NCBI GenBank assembly: GCA_964187785.1
Contig: OZ076416.1
Span: 37,882,001-37,946,000, forward strand
Source of the DNA: Amphiscolops sp. MND2022
Lineage: Eukaryota
Length of the DNA: 64,000 nucleotides
Direction: 5' to 3'
Part shown: positions 49,531-63,500 of the stretch, one piece after another
How the letters are laid out: each line of letters starts with the position of its first letter
How positions within the stretch are numbered: the first letter of the stretch is position 1
The notes under the pieces: model-generated
Database searches by the model: none
Seen by the model: the letters and a program-made list of their open reading frames with translations, nothing else
Told to the model about the DNA's origin: nothing
Position numbers and translations under genes: made by a program

Positions 49531-51548
49531 GTAAATTAAGTGAATTTTGACAAATAATGCAGTATTGGAAAACAATCCGCTACAATATTCTGTATGTTTT
49601 TCATTTTAGATCGCATGAATTCCGTTGGCATAATTTGCCAATATTTTAATAAGGGAGTTAAATTTGATCCTTAATATTTTTTTCAGGGTGGAAAAAAGAG
49701 AACTAATTTTTGTTTCAAATTTGGTCTCTGTTTCACTATTTAAATCAGTATGTGAGTCTCAGAAGATAAACCTGAAGTAAAAAAATGATCAAGCGTAGGA
49801 TGTTGGACCGGAAGTTTTAGTTTGATCAAAGTTATTTCCAAAAATATTTCGTAACGCTTACGTAAGTTTTGTTACCGGGAAAATTCTTTTACAAAACTGC
49901 TTAGCGTAGAAATAGATTGAAGTCCTAGTTTTTAAGCATCTTGCTGTATTCGTGTCAGAGGCTTCTCATAATTTTTGGATTTCCGGCGCAGCAATAAACT
50001 GACCACCGGGAGCGGATCGTGACACTCTACATGTACTTGACTTTTCAAAAAAAATAGCGAGGCAAATCTCTGCTCTGAAAGTCATCATAAATGTCACTCA
50101 AGTCTTTGTCACCCGAGCGTTGGTACAATTATTTAAAAACCGAAGCACTCGTGGTGGGTTTTGATATGCGAATTTGCTGGAAGAATTTCGAACTAAACAT
50201 GTTCTGACTGGATTTTTGGGGAAATTTTTTTAAAAATTTTGATGCTTTTGAAGATTGTGTGGAAAATACTTCAATCATATAAAGTTCATACCACCAAAGT
50301 CATTTCATCAGAACGGCATTTAAGACCTCTTTCAAGCCTGAGTTTGCTAATTCCGTGCTTAAACGCGATTTGTGATTCTGATATGCGACTCGTGAATTAT
50401 CGTCTAAGTGTGCACATAAGATAAACAGCTAAAAGATTGCTAAAAGAGGTCAAAATTCGTTGTGAAGTGCAAATTTTTTTCCCATCCTCAAAATCAATAA
50501 ATTTCAAGAGACATGAAAAATCTTGAAGTGTATAAAATTTTGATTGATACAGTTTTGCGACTGAAATTATCGTTTATTTGGCTTTTCTCTTTCCCATAGG
50601 TGAAAAAATGTATCCTAACTTTGAATATTCATTGCAACAACGAACCATATGTTTGAATGGAACGAGAAGAACTTCTGGGCAACTCTCTGTGACCGAGCGT
50701 ATAAGCTTTGGAAGGAAAGTACTCCTCTGTGTCATCTTAATCCGTTGAAAGATCTTGCTAAATTGCAGTTTTATAATAATACAGATTTTGACTGCCCGAA
50801 TGTTTTCTAAACTTATCACTTCATACTTAGACCCTGCAACTGAAGTCTGCTCAGAAGTTTTGACAAATAGAACGTCCCTAATTGAGAAAAGTTGCAACCC
50901 TTGCAAGAATCTTACAAGATGCTTGCATGTAAAACTCCCTGAAAAATCTTGCAAGTAAATGCAATCTTTGCAAGAACCTTTCAAGGAAATATGTTCTTTG
51001 TATGATCTTTTAAAGAAACGCCTTCCTTGCAGGATCTTGCAAAGAAGTTAGTTTCTTTCAAGATTCTTGCAAAACCTATGCAAGAATGCAATGCTAGCAA
51101 GAATCTTGCAAGGAATGCGATTGAAGCAAGGGTCTTGCAAGAGTTTTTCATGGAACCCAAGGAAAATGCATTATCCCGCAACGATTGCATTTTTCTCAAC
51201 CATGATCAGACGGCTTCCAAAACTGCAATTATGAAAACCATATTAAAGTGGAATCGACTGACACTTTTGAGCTCAGAAAATGTTATTTTTTACTCAAGTT
51301 GAGTTTAAAGTTTGTTGTGACGGAAATATTTTAGGATTTTTAACTTTTCGCTCATGTTATGGTGTTTATTAGATTTCACTTCATCAGCAAGGTAGAATCC
51401 GGGGGTAAAATCATATAAAAGTAAAGACTACAATAAGTACTTCAAGTACCTCGCACTATTGTTTAAGGTCTATAATATTGTCTTTAGTCCCGCGGACAAC
51501 CAAAATAACCATTCGTAGCTTCTATGAAACGGCTGCACAACGTATTAA

Positions 51549-52479
51549 GGCCAAATTTGAGGTCGAGAACATTGTATGGTATTCTACCATGAAACACCCG
51601 ACTGGGTTCGCACCCAATTGCCGAATGATACGTTGTGTTGTAGTTTAGCATGGCTGTTGGTACGAACTGGTGCCACATTGTTCGTCTTTCTCCCGTTGAG
51701 ATTTTTAGAGCTTCTTTAAGAGATGCGTGACAACGTTCCAGGATGCCTATCGTTTGGGCGTGCTTTGTTGTAGCGTGACGTAGTTGAATGCCCAGTATGC
51801 GTGTTGTGTCTGCTACTACTTCTGACATGAATTGTGTTCCTTTGTCGGTTATTATTGTTGTAGGTAGGTAGGCGTGTCGTGTCATAATGTTTACTAGTAC
51901 TCTTGCGATTGTCTTTGCGTCTATCCTGGTGACGCAGTATGTGAACAGGTAGCGTGAGAATATGTCCATGGCTGTGACTATCGCTGTGAATCCGTTCGAT
52001 GGTTCATCGAACGGGACGATGTCCATTTGTAGGGCGTCTTCTGGTCCCAATGCCAGTTTGGAGGTATCAATCATTGGTGGGGTGAGGAGACGGTTGTCCG
52101 TCCGCTTTGTTTGCATGCATTTCATACATTGATTGATGTGTTTGGCTATTTTTGCTGCAAGACCTGGGTAATAGTATTTTTCTCTACACTGCTGTATCAC
52201 TTTTGATATCCCAGGATGTTTGTCGTGTGATCCGTGGTGGGCTTTTATAAATGAGTCGACTAACTGTTCTGGTAGTAAGACCTGCAGGTATTTGACTGCC
52301 CCGGTCTCTCCGAAATACTGCCGGTATAGCAGTCCGTCTTTGAGTATGATCCTGGATTTTTGGGCGGTGTATTGTAGTGCCCTGTGGTCTGTAGCCATTA
52401 GGTGCTCATCATACGGTTCTTTGAGTAGGCGTAGTTTAAAATTTCGGAGGACGTTATCTCGGTCCTGTTGGTGTCTCAT
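51549..52479 (-). pseudogene. Integrase (C-terminally truncated)
   Basis: HGSHDKHPG...CMKC zinc finger, LQMDIV (D), ITDKGTQF (D), GILERCH (E). Confidence 0.92.
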
Positions 52480-53237
52480 GTCACGGGGGAGGGTCTTTCG
52501 TTCTCTTCGGGGTTTTGTGTACGTCTGGTTATTTCCGTTTGAAATACGACAGTGGTTTCTTCAGGGTGGGTTGTGTTTTTGTTTATTTCTTCTCCTGGCG
52601 TTTGTGGGGTGTCGTTCTCCTGTATCTTTTTGCGGGCTCTTTGTTTCCTCTCCCAAATTTGCTCCTCTGTTTCGATGTCGTCTTCGGGGAGGAAGTAGAA
52701 TTGTTCTTCTTCGGCTACGTTGGAAGACTGAATGTGTACTTCTATTGGGGTAGTTTGAATGTCGTCTCTTATTAGTAGTTGGACTTTCTCTTTTGGATCC
52801 AGGTCAAGTCGTGAGAGGAAGTCTGCGGCAGTGTTCATCCTTCCTGGAACGTTTGCGATCGTAAAATTAAACTGTAGGACGAAACCGCAGGCGTTCCACA
52901 AAGCTGGTGGTATTATTTTGGTTTGGAAAAACGTGTAACAGATTTGTTGGCTGTTAGGGCGATGACTGGTTTGGCCGATCCCCACAAGACGTGGCTGTAT
53001 TCCATGAATGCGAAATATATAGCCAGGAATTCTTTGGCATATGTCGACATTTTGATTTGTGACGGCGAGAATGTTTTGGATCCAAACGCGACTGGGGCGT
53101 ATGTCTTTTTGACCGAGGTCAGTTTTTCGTCTGCTTTTTCTTCGATCATGAGCCGGCATTCTTGAAGTTCGCGTCGGTCATGAGGACATATTGCTTGTTG
53201 GGTAAGGGTTGTTCCAGCCATAGTCCACAAGCATTGT
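52480..53237 (-). pseudogene. RT thumb / RNase H region, frameshifted
   Basis: PVAFGSKTFSPSQIKMSTYAKEFLAIYFAF and ANVPGRMNTAADFLSR occur in different frames. Confidence 0.85.
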
Positions 53238-56170
53238 CTAGGGCCTTGTTGATGTTTTCGAATGTTTGCATGATCTAGTTTGTGATCTTGATTGGCTTAT
53301 CTGCTTGACTAACTCGTGGAATGGTGCGATTTTTTCGAAAAGGCGGAGTATGTAGTTCCGATAATAGTTAACGAAACCGATGTATCTCTGTAGGCCCTTT
53401 TTGGTTTTCGGGAACGACAGTTTTTGCAAGTAGTTTTTGATCTTGTGAGGTTGTGGGGCAATGCCTTCGGGTGAGACTGTTCGTCCAAGGAATTCGACTT
53501 CCTTGGCACCGAACTGACATTTGGCCATTGTCAGACGCAGACCTGCTTCCCTAATGCACTGGAAGACCTCACGTAGGTTGTTCTTCAGCTCCTCGGCAGT
53601 ATGGGTAGCTATCCCGATGTCGTCAACGTACTGGGCACACATGTCAGGTTTTATGACTCGATCGAGGTACTCCCGCATAAAGCTCGAGAAGGAAGAGAGG
53701 GATCTGCTGAGCCCTTGTGCGAGTCGCAGGTAGGCGAATGTCCGACTGGCAAAGTTGAACGCCAGGAGTTCCACTGATTTCTGGTCCGCCATTTGCAGGA
53801 CATGGTAGGCTTGCGAGCAGTCAAGCTTGCAGAACAGTTTCTTTCCGGCAAGGTGCTGCGCAGCGTCGGAGAGGGTGCTCACTGGATGATTGTTGTTTAT
53901 ATAGTCGTCGGAGATGAGGTTGTTGATCTTTCTCAGGTCAACGAGGAGGCGAAGGCGTCCGTTAGATTTTCTTTGCGCAAAAATTGGGCTTGCGTACTTG
54001 CTGAAGGGGAGTGTTGTAATGATGCCGTAATAGTGCATCAGTGCTTGCTCAACTGTCAAATCCTCCTTCAGATTGACTGGGCATGGTAAACTTTGTGTGT
54101 ACGCGGGTTGTTCTGATTTAGGGGTGAGTTTCATTTTGAAGTCATTGTTGATTCCAATATCGAGGCGGTGCATTGCAAAGATGTCGTTGTATTCGACGAG
54201 GATCTCCTCTATGTCTTTCTTGTCTTCGTCGCTGAGTTGAGAATCAGTCCACTTGAAGTTGGCTAAGAAGGCGGCTCTATCTTCGGGGCCGTTGTGTGGG
54301 TTGAGTTTCTGGATGTTTTCCAGTTCTTCAATCTCTCTGAGGATTCTGCTTTGGATAGGAGTGTGTGTTGATGGGTCTCCTGGATTATCTGGTGTGGGGA
54401 ACCAGAAGTTCTGAGTTGTTTGGGGTTTTTCAGACGATTTTAGGAGTTCATTGACGTATTCGAGAGCCTGTTCTGTGTTGTGTTCTGCTAAGACTTTGGG
54501 GGCTGCCGAATTGAGTGGATGGAGTTGTTTAGCTTCCTGAGGTGACAGTATAGTGAATTCCGCGACGTTTGTTTTCTTTTTGATGGTGAAAGGATTCGGT
54601 GATGTGTTGGTGACCCGTATTTCAATTTTTGAGTTTGAGACCGTGGATAGAAAGCTGGCCACTACTAGTTGGTGTTCTCCTGAGTATTGTTTGGTGGGGT
54701 GGATTATTCCTGTGGTGTTTGTTATGGTGCGCAGGTTAATGCCAGCTTCAATTGTTATGCATTGGTCGGGCATTACGGTAAGTTGGTTCTTGATGGTTAC
54801 TTTGTGATGTCTTGACACTGTTTCGTTGTCATCTGCAGCGATTGCGTAGGTCAGGCGTGGGAAATGCAGCAGGGCCTGGCTTACGTCTAGGATGGCGCTG
54901 TTGTTTTTCAGGAATGTTAGCCCAAGGATAGGACCTGTCATTTTTGTAGCTACAATAAACGTCTCTTTAAACGTCCAATCTCCTAGTTCGAATTGGAGTT
55001 GGACGGTTTTCGTTGGTGTTTCTATGTCGCCGTTTGCGACCTGCAGCTTGAAGGCGGGTGGGTCCATTTCTTTGAGTATGTTGTCTGGGCTGACTGATTT
55101 GATCTTTTGGTATTCACTTTCTGGTAGGCAGTTGACGAGTGCTCCCGAATCAACTAGTGCGTCTACTGATAGATTGTTAAAATCCATTGGGGCGAAAAGC
55201 ATCTTCCGCTTCTTTTTTAGGTGGATGGCTGAGAAAATTGGTATGCATTTCTCGCTTGTATCTGGATCTGTGATACCGATTTCGTTCAGTTGTTTGTTGG
55301 TGTGGAGCCAATCTTCGTCTTGTTCTGGGCTGTATGGCTCTCTGGTTGGGGTTTGAGTGCCGGTAGGTGATTTGTCTATTGCTGAGTTAGTTTTTGCCTC
55401 TTGGTTGAAATCGTGGGTGAGTGTTCGTTTGACACGGCGGGTTCGGGGTTTTGTTGTTGGCATGGTTGCTTCTATGGGGTCCCCGGCTTCTTTGTTGTTG
55501 GCTAAAGGTTCATGGGTAGAATATTTGTGTTCAAGGCTCTGTGGACTAGAGGGGGACGACGTCATAGCTGCCCGTTTTTCGTTAGAGGTGGCTGGGAGTT
55601 TCTTGGGTGACTCATAGTCAACCGGTGGTGGTTGGTAATTGTGTTTGAGAATCGACTTAAGGGAAGTCGTTGGCGGCGTTACGATCACTGTGATTTCTGT
55701 GTCGTGTTCTTCTTCAGCCTGTGGTTCGGGAATATGACTTGTGTCGTCTTTCCTTTTTGCAGTTGTTGAGATGTCCATGTTGGTTCTAGCTATGAATTCG
55801 TGAAACGGTACATTGATGGACTGTCTGAAGACGAGGTTTTCGGTGTCGTATAGAGTGTCGTTGTAGTACGGGTCCCATTCGAAGTCTGGGTCATAAATGT
55901 AAGTTTCGGGTGTGGAGCTGGGGAGTAGTGGTCTGCGGGTGGAGTTGTAGTGGGTAGGGTTTTGGGTGTACCAGTCTGGGTAGGGGAGTTTGTCAAGGGT
56001 GTTCTTGTTAAATTTAATGAGACGTCGGATGAGCCATCGTCGCTGCCAGTCGATCGATGGTTCTCCAGAGCATTCCATAAACAGTTCTTTATCAAAGTCC
56101 TTCGGGGGTTCAGAGATGGTGTAATATCTGAAATCGGTGTAGCCCCCGAAGCGAAGACGTGGCTTTAATA
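53238..56170 (-). CDS. pol: Pol (linker-protease-RT), reached by a -1 frameshift from gag
   Basis: LVDSGALVNCL protease, LRLLVDLRKIN, KLDCSQAYH, YVDDI RT motifs. The frame is open from the slippery site down to 53238. Confidence 0.9.
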
Positions 56171-56177
56171 GTTTTTT
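56100..56177 (-). promoter_or_regulatory. -1 ribosomal frameshift signal
   Basis: A AAA AAC heptamer (56177-56171) in the gag frame just before TAA, with a downstream CTTCGGGGG/CCCCCGAAG 9-bp stem. Confidence 0.75.
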
Positions 56178-57556
56178 GGCTGGGTAGGTTGTTGTATCGC
56201 GGCTGGTGGTTGTTGGATTGCTTGGGGTTGTTGCAGGACTTCGGGTGTGGTTGATTGTGGTAGAGGTATACTGTTCGAGCCTGTTGGTTTAGGTGTCTTC
56301 CACCATGTGGGGCGGTTTGCCCAGTTCGCACCTGAGTAGCAGTCCTTGGTTTCGTGGCTTAGTTTACCACAAGTTTCGCAGGGGTTGGTGTTTTTTGTAT
56401 TGGGGGTTTTTTGGCTTCGTTTATCTCTGTTCGTCTTCATACAGTTGCGGAGGAGGTGGCCCTGATGTCCGCAACCGAAACATGTACTCGCGGTTTTTGG
56501 GGGTCTTTCCTGATTGGGGTTGTTAGAGGGTTCCACGTTATGTATGCCCGTAAATGTCGTGGATTCTGGATTTGCCAGTCCGTTGAGTTCCATCTCCCGC
56601 TCCAGGTGCTGCACCATTGTCTCGTATGACGCTGTTTCAAGGCGAGCTTGGTTTAGTACTCTTTTAAGGTGAGCGGGCATTTTCGCGTAGAACGAGGTCT
56701 CTATAAACCTGGGCGCGTCTTCCGCGTATGCTTCCTGTGCCAGCTTCTGGTAGATTTCTAGGAAATCTTGGAAGGCTTGGTTCGCTGGATCGAATGTGAG
56801 GTTCTTCCACTTGCACCTGGCGGTGGCCACTGATTGTGTTTTTACGTATCGTCTTCTGAATCCGGCAATGATGTCGTTTATGTTGGTTTTGGTTGTTTCA
56901 GTCATATTCCGAAAAGTTTGCAAAGCGTCTCCTCGCAATAGTGAGTGAAAATGATGTATTTTCTCTTGCTCTGTTATTTGTGGGTGGACTTTCAAGCTAG
57001 TTCGAAACAAGTCTTCGAATAACTCGAATTTTTCCGTCTTACCGTCGAACGTTGGCATCGTTGTTGCCAGGGCTTTTGGTCAGCGGGGGAGATTTGGTGC
57101 TTGTTTGTGCGTTGCGTAGAGAGATTCCAGTAATTTGTCAATAATCTCGTCTGAGTGCCTCTGGTTTGGAGGTGGCAGGCTCGAAGATCGGGGGTGGGCG
57201 TTGTTGCTGGTCATGTTGGAACTTTCACTTCTACCGAGGTCAACTTCTTCTACTTCGTCAGCGGAGTTTCCGCTGTTTCTGACTCTATCGGTCAAACAAC
57301 CTCGTTCCGAGCTCACGTTAGACAAGTTGTCCACTTTGGACGATAAGTTCTCAATCAGCTTTAGAATCTCTCGTTAGTTCAACTCAGTGTCTCTAAGGCG
57401 TTTTGAAATTTTATTTTCAATTTTATTGGAAATGTCTTCAAAGTCTCTATCGGACAGTAGAGTGTTTTCATCATTAGTCGAACTCGCTACCTCTTCGTCT
57501 ATCTGACTAGTCGACTGGTCACTCCTGAGTTTCCGTTTCTGAGATTTTTCTGGCAT
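56165..57556 (-). pseudogene. gag: Gag (interrupted N-terminus, 297-aa intact C-terminal part with two CCHC knuckles)
   Basis: PTFDGKTEKFELFEDLF capsid-like start, CFGCGHQGHLLRNC and CETCGKLSHETKDC. Upstream pieces are split by stops and frameshifts. Confidence 0.88.
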
Positions 57557-60500
57557 GACGTGGAAAACGCTGGTTAACAAGATTTAATTGAATCGGGCGG
57601 AAAAAATGATATTAGATGAAGTCAGTCAGTCAACTGATTGATTACTAAGTAAATCAGATACAGTTAGTATCAAGTTCGTGGAAGGTTCAAAAGAAAATCC
57701 AGGATTAAAGTTGAACACAATTTCAAAGTGCGAAAAACAAATGTTTTCAAGAACGGAATAATAATAACTGCTCGTTCCTAATCCCACTTCAGGTATATAT
57801 ACTTTACGCTAGACACGCGGGGAAACCCTCGCGCGTGAATTCACACCTCGTTCAACTCGGCGTGTTTTCCAAGACGAGAAAATCCAAATAAGGTAGGCTT
57901 CCTCGGGATTCGGCATTCGGCTTCATCCCGCTTTCAAGTGAAAGCGGGAATCACTTCCTGCCACTTCCCAATTCCGCGTCCCTTTCTTCTTCATTTCCCG
58001 ACTTTTCAAGACGCCGAGTCAAAGTTGGCACTGAAAATTCATGAACCTAGCTACTGAAGCGTGAAAGGAAACTGATTTTACATCGAAGGAATTGGAACTC
58101 TAAATAAAATAAATTGCACTAAATTGGGAAAATGGGATTTCAGGCAATATTAATCTCATCAACCGAACACAAAATGGTCAATTTTATGGAGTAATTCACT
58201 GATTAAAATTCTTGTCGAATACCAGGGCGATTTGTCAAGTTGAATTTCCGGAACTCTTGACCGGATATTGAACACCATAAATTAGCGCAGGGGGGATTTA
58301 ACACAACTTTAATGGCTTCAGTAAGTATTATATGCCATTCAATCAATAATTGATCGGTACAAATTGATAATTATCACTTATCACAACGTAGTTAATCTTT
58401 CACTCTTTCTCAACTAAATGGTTGCCCCGGCGGTCGTCCCGAGGTGGTGTATTAACAACACAGTAATATTTAATCAAAAACACTGCAAAACGAACGGAGT
58501 ATTGCTTTGGTGGGAGATTCAGGACAAATTAACTATATTAATTAAGTTACACTTATGATTAATGCACAGTTATATTGATTGTATTTGGTTGGTTGTCCCG
58601 GTGGTTGTCCCATTTTTGAGAAGTAGAGTTGGACGACCAGGCGGTTGACCTGAATATTAAAACAAATATTTTCATCGTTTAGATCCTTCATTCTTTCCAT
58701 CGGTTATTTATAGGTGGTTTGAGCTTCTTTTAAGTTCTATGTTCACATTAGAATAGTACAGCGTGTTATATAGTAATATTATTGCTTCAGTTATTTCAGG
58801 CGTGCGGCCAGGCGTGCGTCCCAGCACTCGGTCGACTGGTGAGCTGCCTGGTATTGCTGTTCAGCTAGCACGGTGCATTTGCGCTAATCGCTGATTGGTC
58901 CAATGAAATTAGAATAAAATTAATCTACTTTAGCTCCGTTGTTATTGTAGCGGTAAATTGATCAACGTGCTGGCCGAGTTAATTTCGGTCGATATGCTGG
59001 TCGCTTTACTGTAAACAAATCACACTAATAGCACTTTAATATTATTTAAATATTTACATATTTATGTATTTTAGGTACTGCGCTGGGTTAATAATGTTTG
59101 TTGGATGGTTTAAATGGATTGATTGTTAATTGTTTCTTTCAGGGTCAGTGATGTTATTATTCGGTCCTTTTCTGGGTGATTTCTCCATTCCCTTCCTTTG
59201 GCGTTCTCCTTGTATTCAGTGTTTCGCTGCTCCCTGAGGGCTGCGACAGGACCGGAAGTTTTAGTTTGATCAAAGTTATTTCCAAAAATATTTCGTAACG
59301 CTTACGTAAGTTTTGTTACCGGGAAAATTCTTTTACAAAACTGCTTAGCGTAGAAATAGATTAAAGTTCTAGTTTTTAAGCATCTTGCTGTATTCGTGTC
59401 AGAGGCTTCTCATAAATTTTGGAATTCCGGCGCAGCAATAAACTGACCACCTTGAGCGGATCGTGACACTCTACATGTACTTGACTTTTCAAAAAAAAAT
59501 AGCTAAGCAAATCTTTGCTAAAAAAGTCATCATAAATGTCACTCAAGTCTTTGTCACCCGTGCGTTGGTACAATTATCTAAAAACCGAAGCACTCGTGGT
59601 GGGTTTTGATATGCGAATTTGCTGGAAGAATTTCGAAATAAACATATTCTGACTGGTTTTTGGGAAAAATTTTTAAAAATTTTGATGCTTTTGAAGATTG
59701 TGTGGAAAATACTTCAATCATATAAAGTTCATACCACCAAAGTCATTTCATCAGAACGGCATTTAAGACCTCTTTCAAGCCTGAGTTTGCTAATTCCGTG
59801 CTTAAACGCGATTTGTGATTCTGATATGCGACTCGTGAATTATCGTCTAAGTGTGCACATAAGATAAACAGCTAAAAGATTGCTAAAAGAGGTCAAAATT
59901 CGTTGTGAAGTGCAAACTTTTTTCCCATCCTCAAAATCAATAAATTTCAAAAGACATGAAAATTCTTGAAGTGTATAAAAATTTGATTGATACAGTTTTG
60001 CGACTGAAATTATCGTTTATTTGGCTTTTCTCTTTCCCATAGGTGGAAAAAATGTATCCTAACTATGAATATTCGTGGCAACAACGAACCATGTTTTTGA
60101 ATGGAACGAGAAGAACTTCTGGGCAACTCTCAGTGACCGAGCGTATAAGCTTTGGAAGGAAAGTACTCCTCTGTGTCATCTTAATCCGTTGAAAGATCTT
60201 GCTAAATTGCAGTTTTATAATAATACAGATTTTGACTGCCCGAATGTTTTCTAAACTTATCACTTCATACTTAGACCCTGCAACTGAAGTCTGCTCAAAA
60301 GTTTTGACAAATAGAACGTCCCTAATTGAGAAAAGTTGCAACCCTTGCAAGAATCTTACAAGATGCTTGAATGTAAAACTCCCTGAAAAATCTTGCAAGT
60401 AAATGCAATCCTTGCAAGAACCTTTCAAGGAAATATGTTCTTTGTATGATCTTTTAAGGAAATGCCTTCCTTGCAGGATCTTGCAAAGAAGTTAGTTTCT

Positions 60501-63500
60501 TTCAAGATTCTTGCAAAACCTATGCAAGAATGCAATGCTAGCAAGAATCTTGCAAGGAATGCGATTGAAGCAAGGGTCTCGCAAGAGTTTTTCATGGAAC
60601 CCAAGGAAAATGCATTATCCCGCAATGATTGCATTTTTCTCAACCATGATTAGACGGCTTCAAAAACTGCAATTATGAAAACCAATTTAAAGTGGAATCG
60701 ACTGACACTTTTGAGATCAGAAAATGTTAGTTTTTACTCAAGTTGAGTTTAATGTTTGTTGTGACGGAAATATTTTACGATTTTTAATTTTTCGCTCATG
60801 TTATGGTATTTATTAAATTTCACTTCATCAGCAAGGTAGAATCCGGGGGTAATATCATATAAAAGTAAAGACTACAATAAGTACTTCAAGTACCTCGCAC
60901 TATTGTTTGAGGTCTATAATATTGTCTTTAGTCCCGCGGACAACCAAAATAACCATTCGTAGCTTCTATGAAACGGCTGCACAACGTATTAATGCAGTAA
61001 AGCCGCCACTGCCACCACCTAAACCTATGTAAGAAAATTCTACTCGGAATGAAACTTTAACATTGAGTTTCTCGATACCTATTGCGAATATGAGAACAAT
61101 TAAACCACGTCAAGATCGTTTTTTGACCTGACTACGTGTTGAGTAAAAAAACTTTTAGGAATTTTTGAGGAACGAGTTTCAACAGAAATTGCACTAGAAG
61201 TCATTATTTACTGTGAACAGAAATGTAGTCAAGTTGCTATGTTAATTCATGTATTGGAGGGTAAGCGAGAGTGAAACTTCGCAGTGTGGGCTATGAGCAT
61301 ATGAATACAACTCATCAAAGCGCGTCAGAAAGCGAAAGGAGTGAAAATGAGAACGCACTGTGAGTGGCTGTAGGCATAGCTAATACGAAAATGGCAGCGG
61401 CACGCTTTGGTAACATCCCCTCTCTTAATGCAAATTAAAACTCGAAACCCGATTTCTTGAAGTTGAAAAAGATATCAACAAACGGTTTTCAGCATTCGAC
61501 AGTCCAAAGGAGAGCTTAAGTTGAAAATATCAGCCTTGTTCGACAACGGGAACAGATTGAGGGGAAGATTTGAAAATAAACACTTCCCAATTACTGATAC
61601 AAACATAAACTATGCCACAAAACTACACCCGTTAAAACACTGATCATGAAACATTAACAAACTGCATGGTTTACTTGTCTATATTGTAACCTCAACACAA
61701 ACACAACATAACTTTGACGGAAACAATCCGTCATTCCAAAACGGTACAGTATTTGAATAGTAAATAGTTTAGGAATACAGACAGGAATAACATTATTTCA
61801 TGATTACGATTATACAACGTAGTGTGGGTAGAAAGCTCAAAATTATCAATGCAGTTTATTCTAGCTTGCAACAGACATATCTCGCTTATTAAGTCTGGAA
61901 GACAATGATCTTACGTTGCATCTTCGGACAGACTACTAGATTACAATTCATAGAACATAGACATAATAGAACGCTCGGCTGTGATCTTTCAAAAAAAAAT
62001 GTTTGCAACGTGAGGTGGACGTGGTTTCATTCCGAATCATCAAAACGTAACATTAAAACATCATTCATGACTACAAACAAAATCTTACAATTCCGCCTTA
62101 CAGTACAGTTCTTGACGTGTTAAAAATCTCGTTCTTAAAATCTGTTCAATGCATCGGTTCCCGAAGAAATCCTGTTTATAACTAGTCTGAGATTCCATTC
62201 CTCAGTTACAATTTTTACAATGTAACTGAGGAGAGGATACGGAGAGGATGCGGAGAGCGTAGTCTTTCATTCTTATTCTCTCAACTAATGACGTCACGGA
62301 AAAATCATTCTCATTGGACTGAGCGCGAATAACTTAGCGAAGGGAACGACCCCATTGGTCCCCAAAAATAAAAACACCGGTTATTAGCTCCGCTGAGTGC
62401 CACTGTCATAACGTTGTAACTGTTCTCGTATCTTACTTGACAGTAAATTAAGTGAATTTTGACAAATACTGCAGTATTGGAAAACAATCCACTACAATAT
62501 TCTGTTTGTTTTTCATTTTAGATCGCATGAATTCCGTTGGCATAATTTGCCAATATTTTAATAAGGGAGTTAAATTTGATCCTTAATATTTTTTTCAGGG
62601 TGGAAAAAAGAGAACTAATTTTTGTTTCAAATTTGGTCTCTGTTTCACTATTTAAATCAGTATGTGAGTCTCAGAAGATAAACCTGAAGTAAAAAAATGA
62701 TCACGCGTAGGATGTTGGACCGGAACTTTTAGTTTGATCAAAGTTATTTCCAAAAATATTTAAATATTTCGTAACGCTTACGTAGGTTTTGTTAGCGGGA
62801 AAATTCTGTTACAAAACTGCTTAGCTGCACTCTAAGTAGAAATACAATAAAGTTCTAGTTTTTAAGCATCTTGCTGTATTCGTGTCAGAGGCTTCTCGTA
62901 AATTTTGGAAATCCGGCGCAGCAATAAACTGACCACAGGGAGCGGATCGTGACACTCTACATGTACTTGACTTTTCAAAAAAAAATAGCGAGGCAAATCT
63001 CTGCTCTGAAAGTCATCATAAATGTCACTCAAGTCTTTGTCACCCGAGCGTTGGTACAATTATTTAAAAACCGAAGCACTCGTGGTGGGTTTTGATATGC
63101 GAATTTGCTGGAAGAATTTCGAATTAAACATGTTCTGAATGGATTTTTGGGAAAATTTTGATTCTTTTGAAGGTTGTGTGGAAAATAATTCAATCATATA
63201 AAGTTCATACCACCAAAGTCATTTCATCAGAACGGCATTTAAGACCTCTTTCAATCCTGAGTTTGCTAATTCCGTACTTAAACGCGATTTGTGATTCTGA
63301 TATGCGACTCGTGAATTATCGTCTAAGTGTGCACATAAGATAAACAGCTAAAAGATTGCTAAAAGAGGTCAAAATTTGTTGTGAAGTGCAAACTTTTTTC
63401 CCATCCTCAAAATCAATAAATTTCAAAAGACATAAAAAATCTTGAAGTGTATAAAAATTTGATTGATACAGTTTTGCGACTGAAATTATCGTTTATTTGG

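Larger units (their letters stand above)
51549..59248 (-). mobile_element. 3'-truncated Ty3/Gypsy LTR retrotransposon
   Basis: Begins TGTCGCAG at 59248 on the minus strand, exactly where array segment B resumes. Gene order gag-PR-RT-RH-IN. Integrase is cut at 51549 and there is no 3' LTR. The inner end of the 5' LTR was not resolved. Confidence 0.92.

Noticed and set aside
50574-51302. ORFs in the tandem array (also 60063-60653 and 63535-63903)
   Set aside because: They arise from low-complexity TTGCAAG repeats and recur only because the unit is repeated.
52220-55617. Plus-strand ORFs overlapping pol
   Set aside because: Antisense shadows of the minus-strand pol reading frame.
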